From the NCBI GenBank assembly GCA_002104905.1, contig MCFE01000161.1, positions 62,001-126,000 of the forward strand: a stretch of DNA of 64,000 bases, read 5' to 3'. Shown here in pieces: positions 41,058 through 54,495 of the stretch. This DNA is from Basidiobolus meristosporus CBS 931.73. Lineage: Eukaryota; Fungi; Basidiobolomycota. A model generated the notes under the pieces. It was given only the letters and a program-made list of their open reading frames with translations. It was not told where the DNA came from and did not search any database. A program made the translations under genes and the position numbers. Numbering within the stretch: position 1 is the stretch's first letter; each line of letters opens with the position of its first letter.

Positions 41058-44000
41058 ATGAGTGTACAAAGCTATTCTGACACTTTGACATTTTACGTTA
41101 ATGGAACCCGTGTGGCTCTGAGAAATCCAGACCCTGAGATGACTCTACTTCAATACCTCCGTCACGCTGGTTTGACTGGGACCAAACTTGGTTGCGGCGA
41201 AGGTGGTTGTGGTAAGCTAACTATTCTTTACCTCGATGAATATGTTAGTATACATGCTGAACACTGATTTGAATTAGGCGCCTGTACACTACTAGTCTCT
41301 TCCTATGATCCTGACACCCGTAAAATTTCTCACACTTCTGTCAACGCATGTTTGGCTCCGCTTTGTGCTATGGATGGAAAGCATGTGATAACCGTTGAAG
41401 GCCTTGGTAATTCCAAGAATCCACATCCAGTCCAGGAAAGAATTGCCCTAAGCCACGGATCGCAATGTGGCTTCTGTACCCCTGGCATTGTCATGTCTCT
41501 ATACGCGCTATTAAGAAATAACCCGAATCCTACCGAACACGAGATTGAAGAAGCATTTGACGGAAACCTTTGCCGTTGTACTGGTTACCGACCCATTCTT
41601 GATGCTGCAAAAACGTTTGCTGTTCCCTCTGGTGGTTGTTGTGGTGGAAAAGCCAGTGGTGGTGGCTGTTGCATGGATGAAGGCCCAGTGGTCGCTAAAG
41701 AAGAGGTCACTGGATGCGGCAGAGCTGGAGGCTGTTGTCAAAATAAGAAGGATTTTGATCAAGAGCTCAGCAATTCAGTGACCACTGATAAATTCGAGCC
41801 AGTGAAGCTCAAGAAATACGATCCTACACAGGAGCTGATCTTTCCTCCAGCCTTGATCAAATATGCACATGCGGAGAAGGGCGCTGACAATGGTGTTAGA
41901 CCATTAGCTTTCTCCAACAACAAGTACAAGTGGTATCGCCCTCTCGAGCTTGAAGAGCTATTGCAACTCAAAGCCGAATATCCTGATGCCAAAATCATCG
42001 CCGGTAATTCGGAGGTTGGAATTGAAATCAAGTTCAAGCACATCTACTATCCAGTTATGATTTACGTTGGAGACATCAAGGAGTTGAAGAAGGTGGAGTA
42101 TACAGAAGATGGCATCACTTTCGGCGCCAACGTCACCTTATCTTATTTCGAGCATGTCTTGAAGGAGGCAGTAGAGAAGTATGAGCCTTCAAAAACCGAG
42201 AATTTCAAGGCTTACCTGAGCAATCTTCGTTGGTTTGCTGGCCGCCAGATCCGAAACGTTGGTACCATTGCTGGAAATATCGTCACCGCCTCTCCAATTT
42301 CCGATTTGAATCCCGTATTTGTTGCTTCTCGTGCAGTGATGGTGGTTGCTTCAAAGGATGGTGGTTTACGATCAATCAAGATGACCGAATTCTTCCTTGG
42401 ATACCGTAAAACAGCACTTCGTGCAGGGGAGGTTGTAATTTCCCTATCGATCCCCTTCACATCTGAATACGAGTTTACCCAATCATTCAAGCAAGCAAAG
42501 AGAAAGGATGATGACATTGCCATCGTTAACGGTGGTTTGCGAGTGAAGTTTGAGAAGAGGGATGGAAAGTTCATAGTTAAGGATTCCGTCTTTGCATTTG
42601 GTGGGATGGGTCCTACCACATTGCAAACCGCATCTGCCACTGAATTCTTGATCGGTAAGGAATGGGGATACCGCGAAGATTACTTGGAGGTTATCAATCG
42701 ACTTGGATATGATCTTCCGATTCAGTATTCCTCTCCAGGAGGTATGGCGGAGTACCGTAAGGCTTTGGCATCAAGCTTCTTTTACAAGTTTTGGTGCTTC
42801 ATTTCGGAGAAGTTAGGACTTGATATTCCTGAAGCCAAATTTGCCAATGAGCTGAAAGACATCGAACGTGCTATTTCACAAGCTTCCCAATCTATGCCTA
42901 CGCGTCCTGAGTCCATTGTTGGAAAGAACGTTGCTCATTTAAGTGCTGTCAAGCAGGTTACCGGTGAAGCTATATATGTGGATGATATGCCTTCATATAG
43001 CGGAGAGCTTTACGGAGCGGTTGTAACCTCCAAGAAGGCCCATGCCAAGATTTTAAAGGTTGATTCTAGTATGGCTGAAGAAGCTGATGGGTTTGTGGGC
43101 TTCTACTCTGCTAAAGATGTTCCTGGCTCAAACACTTGGGGTCCTACTTTCCAGGACGAGCAAATTTTCGCTACCGATGAGGTTTACTTCTTGGGTCAGG
43201 TGATTGGTATTGTTATTGCGAAATCTCAAAATGAAGCACAAGCTGCAGCTAGAATGGTTCACGTGGAGTATGAAGAACTTCCTCATATTCTTACAATCGA
43301 GGAGGCCATTGAAAAGGAGTCCTACATCCCAGCTGACCGAGATATCACCCGAGGTGATGTGGATAAAGCTTTCACAGAATGCGACCATATATTTGAAGGA
43401 GAGTCAAGAGTTGGAGGTCAGGAACACTTCTACCTTGAGACCAATGCTTGCATTGTCGTCCCCAAGGAAGATACCGAAATGGAAGTTTTCAGTAGCACAC
43501 AAAATCCAACTGAGACTCAGCATGTCGTTGCTAAAGTTCTTGGGTGCCCAGACAGCAGAATTACCGTTCGTACCAAACGTCTTGGCGGTGGTTTCGGTGG
43601 CAAGGAGAGCAGAACTGTCATGCTAACAGCCCCATTAGCTGTTGCTGCCTATCATCTACGTAAACCTATTCGCTGTATGCTTGATCGTGACGAGGATATG
43701 CTTTTGACCGGACAAAGGCATCCTTTCTTGGGTAGATGGAAGGTTGGTGTCAACAAGGATGGCAAGATCCAAGCACTAGACATCCAACTATATGCAAATG
43801 CTGGTTGGTCTGCTGATCTGACCATGGCTGTCGTCGAGCGTGCTATGTCCCATAGTGATAATTGCTACTACATCCCTAACGTTCGTGTCATTGGCAAGGG
43901 ATGTATCACAAACATTCATTCGAATACCGCCTTCAGAGGCTTCGGTGGCCCTCAAGGAATGGTCATCTGTGAGAACTGGGTACATGAGGTTGCAGAGAAC

Positions 44001-45197
44001 CTCGATATTCCAGTAGACGAATTCCGGGAAATCAATATGTACAAGGAAGGCCAACTCACCCACTTCAACCAAGAGATCACCGACTGGCACATCCCTTTGA
44101 TGTGGAAGCAAATCAAAGAAACGTCGAACTATGCGGCCAAACGTCGTGAGGTTGATGAGTTCAACAAAGTTCACAAATTCAAGAAGAGAGGTTTGGCGAT
44201 CATCCCTACCAAGTTCGGTATCTCATTCACCGCCAGATTCCTTAACCAAGCCGGTGCCCTGGTTCACATCTATACAGACGGGTCGGTGCTTTTAACCCAT
44301 GGTGGTATTGAAATGGGACAAGGTATTCACACGAAAATGGCGCAAATTGCTGCTGAAGCCTTAAACGTGCCATTGGAGAAGGTCTTTATCAGCGAAACTG
44401 CCACTAATACCGTCGCCAACACAAGTCCAACTGCTGCTTCAGCCGGATCCGATCTTAACGGCCAAGCCGTCAAAGCTGCGTGCGACCAGGTTGCTGAAAG
44501 ATTAAAGCCGTATCGTGAGAAGATGCCTGAAGCCTCTCTTGGTGAACTTGCCAAAGCTGCTTATTTCGACCGAGTGAATCTCTCTGCCAATGGACATTAT
44601 AAGACTCCTGATATTGGTTACACTTGGGGCAAGAACGAAGGAATGATGTTCTTCTATTTCACCTTGGGTGTTGCCGTTTCCGAAGTTGAGGTAGACATTC
44701 TCACGGGAGACCATACAATTTTGAGTACCGATGTGCTCATGGATGTTGGCCAGTCACTGAACTATTCGATTGATCTTGGTCAAGTCGAAGGTGCTTGGTT
44801 ACAGGGTGCTGGCTGGTCCACTATGGAAGAAACACTATTTTTCCCCAATGGCATGCTCTTCACTCGAGGACCGGGTAATTACAAAATCCCAGGCTTCCGT
44901 GATATTCCCCAACAATTCCGAGTTGACCTTCTCGATGGCGTGGAGTACAAAAGACTCAAGACAATTCACAGTAGCAAAGGCATCGGAGAGCCGCCATTCT
45001 TCTTGGGTACATCTGTCTTCTATGCTATTCGCGATGCTATCTCAGCCGCTCGTAAAGATAATGGGGTCACTGGAACCTTTACTCTCTCTCACCCCGCCAC
45101 TGCTGAGAAGATTCGCATGGCCTGCGCCGACGAGATTGCCACCCTGTCCAAAATAGAGCACAAGGAGGGAGAAAAGCCATGGGCAATTCGCGTATAA
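41058..45197 (+). CDS. XDH: Xanthine dehydrogenase (2Fe-2S, FAD and molybdopterin domains)
   Basis: [15 protein letters not shown] across intron 41212-41277, [34 protein letters not shown] and SKGIGEPP (catalytic Glu/Arg/Glu retained). Confidence 0.97.
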
Positions 45198-46213
45198 CCC
45201 AGAGATCTATTTGAGTTGTAGTTTTATTGAAAAGGTCCGTGAAATGTCGCATCATCCGGTGTATATAAACAGTCTCGACATTGATAATTTCTCATAAGCC
45301 CAAAATAAACCCATGATACCGCTATGCACTGAAATTTACATATTGATCTATGGATATGGCCAAGGGTGCCGAGCCAATAATCCATTTCGAGCGGAGATTC
45401 TATTTCTATACCCGCATGTAGGCGACGACAGACCTAATTCGATGTCTGGCAGAGGGAGAGGGAGAGACGGACTGCTGAACCCATTAGGCTGAATTTCATG
45501 GCGCCAACTCTAGATGTGACAACTTTTGACTGGTGTTTGCAAGCCAACCATGTGATCATCAGGAGTAGAAATGTTGGGCTACTAACCCATTATGATACAG
45601 TCTGACAGAAAGATGGAAGCTTAGCTAATTAGAGTGAAATCATTTCAAATTGGCGATCGCGATTGGTGAGAAGCATGCCCAGAAGCGGATTGTTGCAGTC
45701 GCAAAGGTTGTTGAATCGTCCAATTTAACTGAAACAACCTAAGGGAAGTGCTTCAACTCGTGGATGCCCCTGAATGACAGGAGAGGCTGCTTCCGCTATA
45801 CCGTGAAATAAACTCAAGCTGGTGTGTGGATGGTCATCCCATTGGCTGGCGATGAACCTTCCCAATAAATGCTCCAATTACTAGCGGGGTTTGTGGGCGA
45901 TATTATATCACAACTAAGCCATCATAATAACGGCTATCACTGCTTTCTTGCGTTCGACATTTTGTAACACAGTCGGATATAACATTCTCTACTCCATTAC
46001 TACTGTTCTTAGCTCCCTGCATCGATTCTCTTCACCTCCATTCTCATACCTTTGAGGCTAGCGGAATCTCTCCTCTCCACCTTGTGCTTTTCTATTTATT
46101 CGCATTGCTCTTTTTTACTTGAACTCGTGTAGAGCAAGCCGCTCTTGTTATTGCGTGCTTTGGAAGGCATATCTCTCTTGAAACCATAAGGGGTGTTTGG
46201 TAACAGTATATCG

Positions 46214-49200
46214 ATGTGGCAGCCACTTCCTCGGATTGCAGAAGGAATAGCCATCTTCCAGTTCTTATCCTTGAGCCCCGACGTAGTTGATGAAGCTCTT
46301 AGAGAATCTGCCTCCCCCAATCTCAAGTACCTAGTCGATTTAGAAGTAGGTGACATTGTTTATGCATATGAGCAGTTGGGAGGTTGGTTTAAAGGCTATG
46401 TGATATCGTCATTTCCGCCAAATTCACCACCTCGAACTGGCATATTTCCCGCCAATCACGTTCAGATCCGCTCGTATCGGACTAGCTTGGCGACGGTTGC
46501 GTCTAGCGAATTGCAACATGGGGTTACAGGATACTTGAGTTCAGAGACACCAAAACTCTCCCCTGAGCACCAAAGAATGTCGCCCTTATTAAGATCAAAT
46601 TCGGCGCTTGTGACTAAGAGTTCCTTGACTTCAAGCTCTGCAACAAACCCCAACCGCCTTCGCCCATTGAGCCTACAGGAAAAAACTCTAGGCAATATCC
46701 AACCAAGCGCGCCAACAATCCCTCAATTGAAGCCTTATAGAACTGCAAGTGGATTTATGGAACCGTTGATTGATATCATCTCCAGTGTTTTGAAAGAGTG
46801 GTGCTCCTATTTACCAATCTACTTGCGGGATTGCAATTACGAGCTATTCAACCAGGTGAAAGGATATATGTCAATTCTTTTCAAAGGGCGTAGACAACTT
46901 CTTTCACAAACGCTATCGTTAGAGGATTTGAATAAGCTGCGCTCGGAACTGATCCACACGATATTGTTGTGCAACAAGCTTCAAGGATTGGACTCTATCG
47001 TTCTTCATAAGGAGAAAGGACTTCCTATTGACGAAAAAAACTCACCCTTGACTGCACTGTATAAAAGCCATGTTGAGCTCTCAGGCGATGGAGATGGTAG
47101 GCAGCTCGAGGACCTGCTGGTGACGAGCCCTCCACACTCTCCACTGGGGTTGAACTCAACGCCAGTTAAGAAGATATTGCCCAAGGTTGGGATGGAGAGC
47201 ATCTCCGGTTTGCACCATCTTTTCTTCGATTTGAAAGCCTTTGTTGCCTCCATATGTTCTACAGGAGAATACTCCGAGCTCCACTTCTCATTGTTCAACA
47301 GAACGACAGCCAAGTTCATTAGTGAGGAATTCCTGATTGTCCTTACATCCCAAGGGATGCCTAGCGATCCCAACCGGATAGGCAGGTTACGCACCCTATT
47401 CTCCGATTTATCACAGAAGGATATTAGCGACCAGTTATATCTTGTGTGCAGGATAGTCCGTATCGGTCGAACTCTTTTATTAGAGAAGTCCAAGGATGGC
47501 TTAGAACTTTCATCATCTTCTGTAGACATGCCCAGTCGGATGAACTCGCTCAGCAGTAGATCAGGGAGCGAGGCAATTAATTACAGAAGGCCATTTGGAT
47601 GTGCTGTATTGTCCGTCAGCGAGATGTTTAAAGCTAGCAATCAAGCTGATGCCCTGCGAGAGTCGGTTATCAAAATATATACTCCCTTGAACGATACCAC
47701 CTTCTTCTCATTGCACGAAAGCATCATCAATCAAACCGGTGAATACGAGCAATCCTCAAGGGCTGAAAGTATTTGTGTGTCGTTTCGAGTGTTTCAAGGA
47801 CAGGCCCAGGTCCTCGTAAGGGAGCATCCCACTCTGTTACTCGGCATCCCGATCACCCCGCGACTAGGGTTTCCGGATGTAGTACTGCCCGGCGATAACC
47901 GAAATGCCATGCACTTGACACTTTGCTCCGGCGATTTCCAGCAAGGCCGTAGAGCAACCGCCAAGAATATTCAGGTCAAAGTGGAGGTGCGCTCGAATGA
48001 AGGAAACGGAGTGCCATTGAACGGCGCCATATGCCGTGGTTCTGGGGAAGCCAATGTAACTCAGTATGACTCAGTGGTGATCTATCACTCAAATAACCCC
48101 CGATGGGATGAATCCATCAAGATTGAAGTGACTCCGGACATCTTCAAGAGCTCCCATATCTTCTTCACATTTCGCCATTGTTCCAGCAAGGAACAGTCTG
48201 GCTCTACGCTCTCTCTAGGCAGCAAGGAAAAATCCACTGACAGCAGTAATTTTGCATTCGCATTTTTGCCTCTCTCGCTCGACAATCATCATACCATAGT
48301 TTCGGATGGCACTCATTCACTGGCGTTGTACAAGTACGACCCAAAGATTGTCGCATCAACGACGTATCTTAAATGCTGCACCAACACTTCAAGGCCTAAC
48401 AAGCTCATGTCTTTTGAAAGCCTAGACCTGGTCAAGAACTATACTTCACCATCCGGAATAACCCCTTTGAAGGATACGTTCGTTGTAAGGACGTTTTTAT
48501 GCTCGACGAGATTAACCCACAGCGAGTCTTTAGTCAACCTTCTACACTGGAAGGAGGCACTGCTTACTCGGCACGATATGCGTTCTATTCTGAAGAATTT
48601 CACTTTCATAGGGGAGTTGGAGATTGTTAAATTTCTACAGGATATATTTGATGTATTGTTCGACTTGTTAGGCGCACCTTCTTCCTCTTTTCAACACAGA
48701 GATACCCCGGTAAAGCAAAGCTCTCATCAGCGCCAACCCTCTGTGTCAGGGGCCGGGCCTACACTGGATGATTTAGTGTTTGCTGCGTTGGTATTTGTGC
48801 TAAATATAGTGTCCGACCGACGTTTTACCAACTTCAGACCGGTTCTAGATGTATATATCGAGAATCATTTTTCTTCCTCTCGAGTATCCAAGCATCTTAT
48901 CTCCTCTATGAGAAAGTTGCTCTTGGATCCAACGAACTCTACGCAAGCGATGGGACTCCGCTCTAGCATAAAAGCCTGGGAATATCTGTTCAAGTTGATC
49001 GTTAGGTCGTGGGGTATTCACAGAGCCGAGGAGAAGGACAAGGCCGTCAATACTGAACCCCCTGGAGCCGCTCCGCCATCGAGGGATGACTCTGTAGATA
49101 GCCAGAATGAGTTTAAAATGAGCCTTTGGAGCCTCTTTGGAGATATCAACCGTCTTATGTCACTTTCCACTCCGCTTTCAGTTCTTGGAACTCAAACGAT

Positions 49201-52200
49201 CGCTCTACAGCATTACCACGCCATCTTCCACGATCTGATAACTCGGTTTCCTATCAGCGAGCTTGCAGAGGTCGCAGTTTCATTTGTCGATTCAGTCGTC
49301 AACTTCCGCAAAGGGAATCTTGCCCATCACCGATTGCGACTTATATACCAGCTGATTCACGGAGTATTATTTGACTGCCCAGAGTCACGCCACATACTTG
49401 TTAAGGCGGCAGTCGGGTGGATTGAAGAGTACTTGAAGCAACCTATGACTGATTATGTCGATTTAGAGCAATGGAGAGAAATGCTTCGATTGAGTTATCT
49501 AGTTGTGACTGAAATGCTGGAAAAGATCCATTCCACCCATTACAAAGGTCGAGGAGACGGGTATCTTACTTCCAACGAGATAGAGCTGGAAGACCCTGAC
49601 GTAGAGGTTATGTTGAATATCTTGCCACTTCTTTTAGAAGTTTATCACCGGCTTCGCCAAGTATCCATGCCTACTACCTTTGATCACACCAGAGCTGCTG
49701 CTTCCAAGCATAATTCTGGATTAAGCGGGGCTCTCTCTCCACCTTCTTCTCCCGACCTGCCGCCGACGGAGTTGTTTGACAGAGGCTCTAATATTCTGGG
49801 AGAAACGGCGTCCATGATCTTGACTCTTGTATCGCTGGCATCTACCAACCAACTGGAGCGCTTTTTTCGAACTTGTTTGGTTGACACTGGCTCTGAAAAA
49901 GGGCTTCAAGTCGTCGTGCTATTACTTGACATCCTTCATTCGACTCTATCGGAGAATGCGTTTCCGAAGCATTGGCTTAATATGACGGTACTGTCGCTGA
50001 GAATGACTTTTAAAGCGCTTGTTCCTTTGAGCACTGTCCTCAGGCAAAATCTTGAAACTGACGACCAGTTCTCGGAGCATATAGTTAACATCTGGGTTAA
50101 ATTTTATACAGTTTTGGCTTTTATCTTGGCCAGTAAACGGCTCAAGACTGAAGCCCTTAAGCCTCAGAAGCAGAGTGCCACAATCTATTTACTTCAGGAC
50201 GTCACTGCTCAAGGGCCCCATCTTCTTAGTGTTATGTGGCAGTGTCTTGAGACTTTCAAACCTCGGATCGACCCCGATCAATACCGACATATAATTCTTA
50301 CTCTGTTAGGGCCTATCTTGGATTTAAACCTCACTCTTCACGACGATCTGCGTCAACGTGCTCTGGACATACTCTACGCGATACTGCTGTCGGAATACGA
50401 GATCAAGAAGGATTTCAAGCATATGGAAGTTGAGTGCTTCGATCGCCTGGAGCATCTTGTTATGACCGAAACAAAAGGTGATTTGACTACGTACAATCTG
50501 TTCGTACAGGGCCTCACTTCCAAAATCGAGGAAGAAATATCCGAGGTGAGTTTGAACCTCGCACTTGTCAAACTAGTGGATTCCTTGGATAAGTTCTTGG
50601 AATTGCTGCTGAACGTGAGGGATCTCCCGAACGAAGCTCAGTATGAAGATGAAAGACTCATGGGCACAATGAAACTGCTCAAATTCATCAAGATCATGAA
50701 CCAGGACGAGATCTACATCAAGTACGTTCATCAATTGGTCGATATGCACATTCAGAGTCAGAATTTCACGGAGGCGGGAGTCACCCTAAAACTCCATGTT
50801 GATCTCTTGGACTGGACTTCGAAGAACCATTTGGAAGCCATGGCCAGCCTCGGCCTTCCTTCGCAAACCACATTTGAGCGAAAGGAGTTGTTGTTAACGA
50901 AAATTCTCAACTACTTCAATGAGGGACAAGCGTGGGAGCATGGCATAGATGTCTGCAAGGAGTTGACATATCAGTATGAACACGTCATATTCGACTATGG
51001 CAAACTAGCATCCATCCTGCGTACAAGAGCTCAGCTCTACGAAAACATATTACACAAGGAGCGATACTACAGTGAATATTTCAGAGTTGGGTTTTACGGA
51101 AAAGGATTTCCGATCAGTGTTCGAAATAAGCAGTACATCTATCGAGGTCTGGCTTGGGAGAAGATTAGCGCATTCTGTGATAGAATCCAGAACAAGCACC
51201 CCTCTGCTCAGCTGCTAAATTCCAATGGAGCACCCTCGGAGGCCATTCTCAACTCGAATGGGCAATATCTTCAAATAACCGCGGTTACCCCCGAGCCCAA
51301 TCTGCAGCTTTCTGTGTTCCAACAATCGAGCCTTGCCCCAGGGCCTATCCGTGAGTATTACGAGGCCAACGAAGTGAATACATTTAGCTTCTGCAGACCT
51401 GTCAAGAAATCCGCTACTGGTGAGATGGCATCACCCAGGAATAGCACTTTGCTAGGCAGCAAACTAAATGCCGGTGGTAACAAGCAAGTGACTGCACCAG
51501 GAGGTACTGACCAGGTCAACGAGTTTCTAATGCTATGGACAGAGAAGACCATTTTTGCCACCGAATCCAAATTCCCCTCGCTACTTCGCCGCGCAGAGGT
51601 TATTTCAATAGTCACGAAAGAACAATCCCCAGTAGAAAACGCTGTAGCGGCCATGGAGAGCAAAACCAAGGAGCTTTCGCATTTGGAGAAGAAGTATCAA
51701 CAATACGTTGGCACTGACACCTCCAAAGTAAACAGCAACCCCCTGGCAATGGCGTTGAATGGGGCCATTGACGCGGCTGTTAACGGTGGTGTTTCAATGT
51801 ACAAGCGGGCATTCTTGACCAGTGATTTTATCCAGCAAAACCCCGAAACGGAAGAGATGGTGGAAAAACTGGACCAACTTATAGACGAGCAGGTGAGACC
51901 CTTGGATTGGTGGATGTTCAACAACCGAGATCTTACATTTCCTTTTTCCTAGACATTGGTCATACAGAGTTGTCTTGAGATCCACAATCATATTGCGCCC
52001 TCAGAGATGAGGCCACTTCACGAAAATTTAGACACGTGTAAGTATCTCTGTAGACATTGCATACTGGAAATGTTTTGGTAACTTTGTGCGGTAGTGTTCC
52101 GGAAGAATTTCGCCAATGAATTGACAAGGATAACTGCCAAGAAACCCACGCTCGGTCTGTATCAGCCCCCGATCCCTGTGGATGCATCCAACTCGCAGAT

Positions 52201-52657
52201 GACTAGTCAAACCACCCCTCTCCCCAATACGTCATTGTCGAACCCACACAAACTCACAGGGAGCACTCAAAGCCTACAATTAGATAAGCGAGATAGCCAG
52301 CTCTCCGACCTGAGCGGCTTCGACCCTGCGCTAGCACTGTCTTCCCCAGCGTCTCAATCAGCTGAAAATACTAGCCCACCCACTCGTAGCTCTAACCCCT
52401 TCACTAATGCACTTAAACGCTTGTCTGGTGGCTCAACCACCACTTGTAGCAGTATGGATGGAATTGATATCGACTACCAAAGTCTAACAGCTACATGCTC
52501 TCCCTCCCTCGCCACCACCAGCTTCACCAACCCAGCAGACTTGCCCAATCTCGGGAAAAAAAGCAGATGGTCACTCAAAAAGTACCGAGCACTGCTGGAA
52601 CGCCATTTGGCCACAAGCAGTCCCACAACAACTACGACCGAAAGCACGCACTCTTAA
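46214..52657 (+). CDS. DCK1: DOCK-family Rac/Cdc42 GEF (SH3, C2/DHR-1, DHR-2), fungal Dck1-like
   Basis: Starts MWQPLPRIA; SH3 LEVGDIVYAYEQLGGWFKGY..GIFPANHV; DHR-1 SVVIYHSNNPRWDESIK; DHR-2 YFRVGFYGKGFP..NKQYIYRG..GAIDAAVNGGVSMY; two introns near the 3' end. Confidence 0.95.
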
Positions 52658-53559
52658 GACAAGCCGTGCTTACACACCGACCAATAGCCATTTATAATCC
52701 CATTTTCGACCATGATAATCGGTTCTAGGACCATCAACAACCTCTCTTCATGTAGCATTTACAGGCACCCGCCGGCCTAATCCGTTGTAATTTCACCCTA
52801 ATTCCCACTTTCGTAAAGCCTTCAACCTACCATTTGGACCGATTTTCTGCAACCCGATACCCACCTCTCACCCCTGCCCCATAGTTAGCCCGTATTTTGA
52901 AATCGATCCATGTTCACCTCTAGCAATGGCAATCAGACCCGTAAATTAATTTCTCTAAAACCAATCTGTGCGTCCGTTTGGTTCTCAGCCACCCCATTTC
53001 AGCATGAGCCGAGATCCATCGAATATACTGGGTACTTGCGAATAAACCAACGGTGCTCTTGAGTAACCCAACCAGGTAAACTGCATTTCAATCTGGCCTG
53101 GTGGGCCAATATGCATGTGGATCCTCCAAGATCCCAATTCCTTGAACCTCATTTGCGACGCTGTGATAAGGAAGTTGGATGATCTACTGACTTTCAGGGT
53201 CGAATTGGTGGTTCCTCATTTGTCTCGGTTGATTGGATCCCATTTTGAGACTACTCCGGCCTGAAACAAATGTTATAGGAAAATCCTTTCCACATGTCCT
53301 CTCGCTTGTTTCCGTGAGCCATCTGCACAACATGTGTTTCGTGCTCGGATTCTCGCCCTACTGGCGGTTGCCATGAATAGACGCTGAAGGATCCCCTTGA
53401 TGATCCCGATTTGTTTCTTCCGTCCGGTTTCATCACTGGCTGGGTATTGGTAAAGGGAATGGAGTGTCTGGCACATTGTTTCCGCTTACGTATTTCCATT
53501 GAGAAACAAGTTTGATTCAACACTCTAAGGAACCCCGAAATCGAGCGGCCTCGTAGCCC

Positions 53560-53567
53560 TATATAAA
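53560..53567 (+). promoter_or_regulatory. TATA-box-like element upstream of a small ORF
   Basis: tatataaa about 120 nt upstream of ATG 53682; function not demonstrated. Confidence 0.35.
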
Positions 53568-53681
53568 GGAGCACGGCCAAGGAGGTTTCAAGGCAACTGT
53601 GCTAATCTACCATTAAAAGCCTTGGATAGCATCCGCACCACGACGAACCTTCTTTTCCTTATTCGTTTCTGGCTCATTTAA

Positions 53682-53921
53682 ATGGAAACCATCTACATCA
53701 CCTCCATGGTTGGCGAGAAACCCAGGTATATCCCTGAGATATACCCCACATCCCTTCTCCAGCAACCAAAGACCCCTCATCATCGGAAAAGTTGTCACTT
53801 TCCTGGCCCCGAACCCTTCCCAATAGATGCACTCCCCCGGTCCGTCGCACGCTCCGCGACCTGGCCTCGCATGAAGATGACCCAATCCCTGGAATCCATT
53901 ACTGAAGATCCGCAAGAATAG
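53682..53921 (+). CDS. Possible 79-aa Pro-rich small protein
   Basis: ATG-started intact ORF with an upstream TATA-like box; no recognised family. Confidence 0.3.
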   Translation: METIYITSMVGEKPRYIPEIYPTSLLQQPKTPHHRKSCHFPGPEPFPIDALPRSVARSATWPRMKMTQSLESITEDPQE

Positions 53922-54495
53922 TGAAAACGTGACCACCGATTTTCTTGCCAATTCCCCTCCTCCAGTCACGTGAATTCACTCACATCGTGCTTAGAAATCA
54001 TCCATGCAACGTATCATTTCGGACCATCGCCAGACAAACCATGTTTTTAAGAGCCATATATATTTTGCTATTTGTGTGTGGAGGGGGAGGAAGGTAGGAG
54101 TTAGGGCCTCAGGGAACCGAGCCCCAACACTACCCCTATCGCTACTGTGCTAATGGCAAGTATGTGTTGTAGCCCCATGCACCGTCTCCCACCCCCCATA
54201 CATCTCCTTAACGGCCTTATGAAAAGCACCAGGAATCCATATATTACCATCATTGCTAGAAAATAAATAGAGATGTTCATCCAGGCGTATGTCGGCTGAG
54301 ATATGGCTTGTAAACTGACCACCCAGCCTCGTTGGGAACCAGTCGCCCAGCTCGGTTTCCTCCAACAACCATTGGACAGCTCATGACTGCCAGGCCCCCT
54401 CCTTCAAGAGATATACATGGTGTGTTTATTGAAATGTTGATCTTTGATATTAGTTGGATGTACAGGGATGGTATATAAGCGCGATTCTTCGGTCA

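Noticed and set aside
41511-52210. Numerous antisense and alternate-frame ORFs within XDH and DOCK (and similarly within other genes)
   Set aside because: They are shadows of long coding exons with no independent motifs.
54101-54368. Hydrophobic 72-73 aa ORFs downstream of the G-alpha stop
   Set aside because: They lie in the likely 3' UTR/terminator region and show no family similarity.
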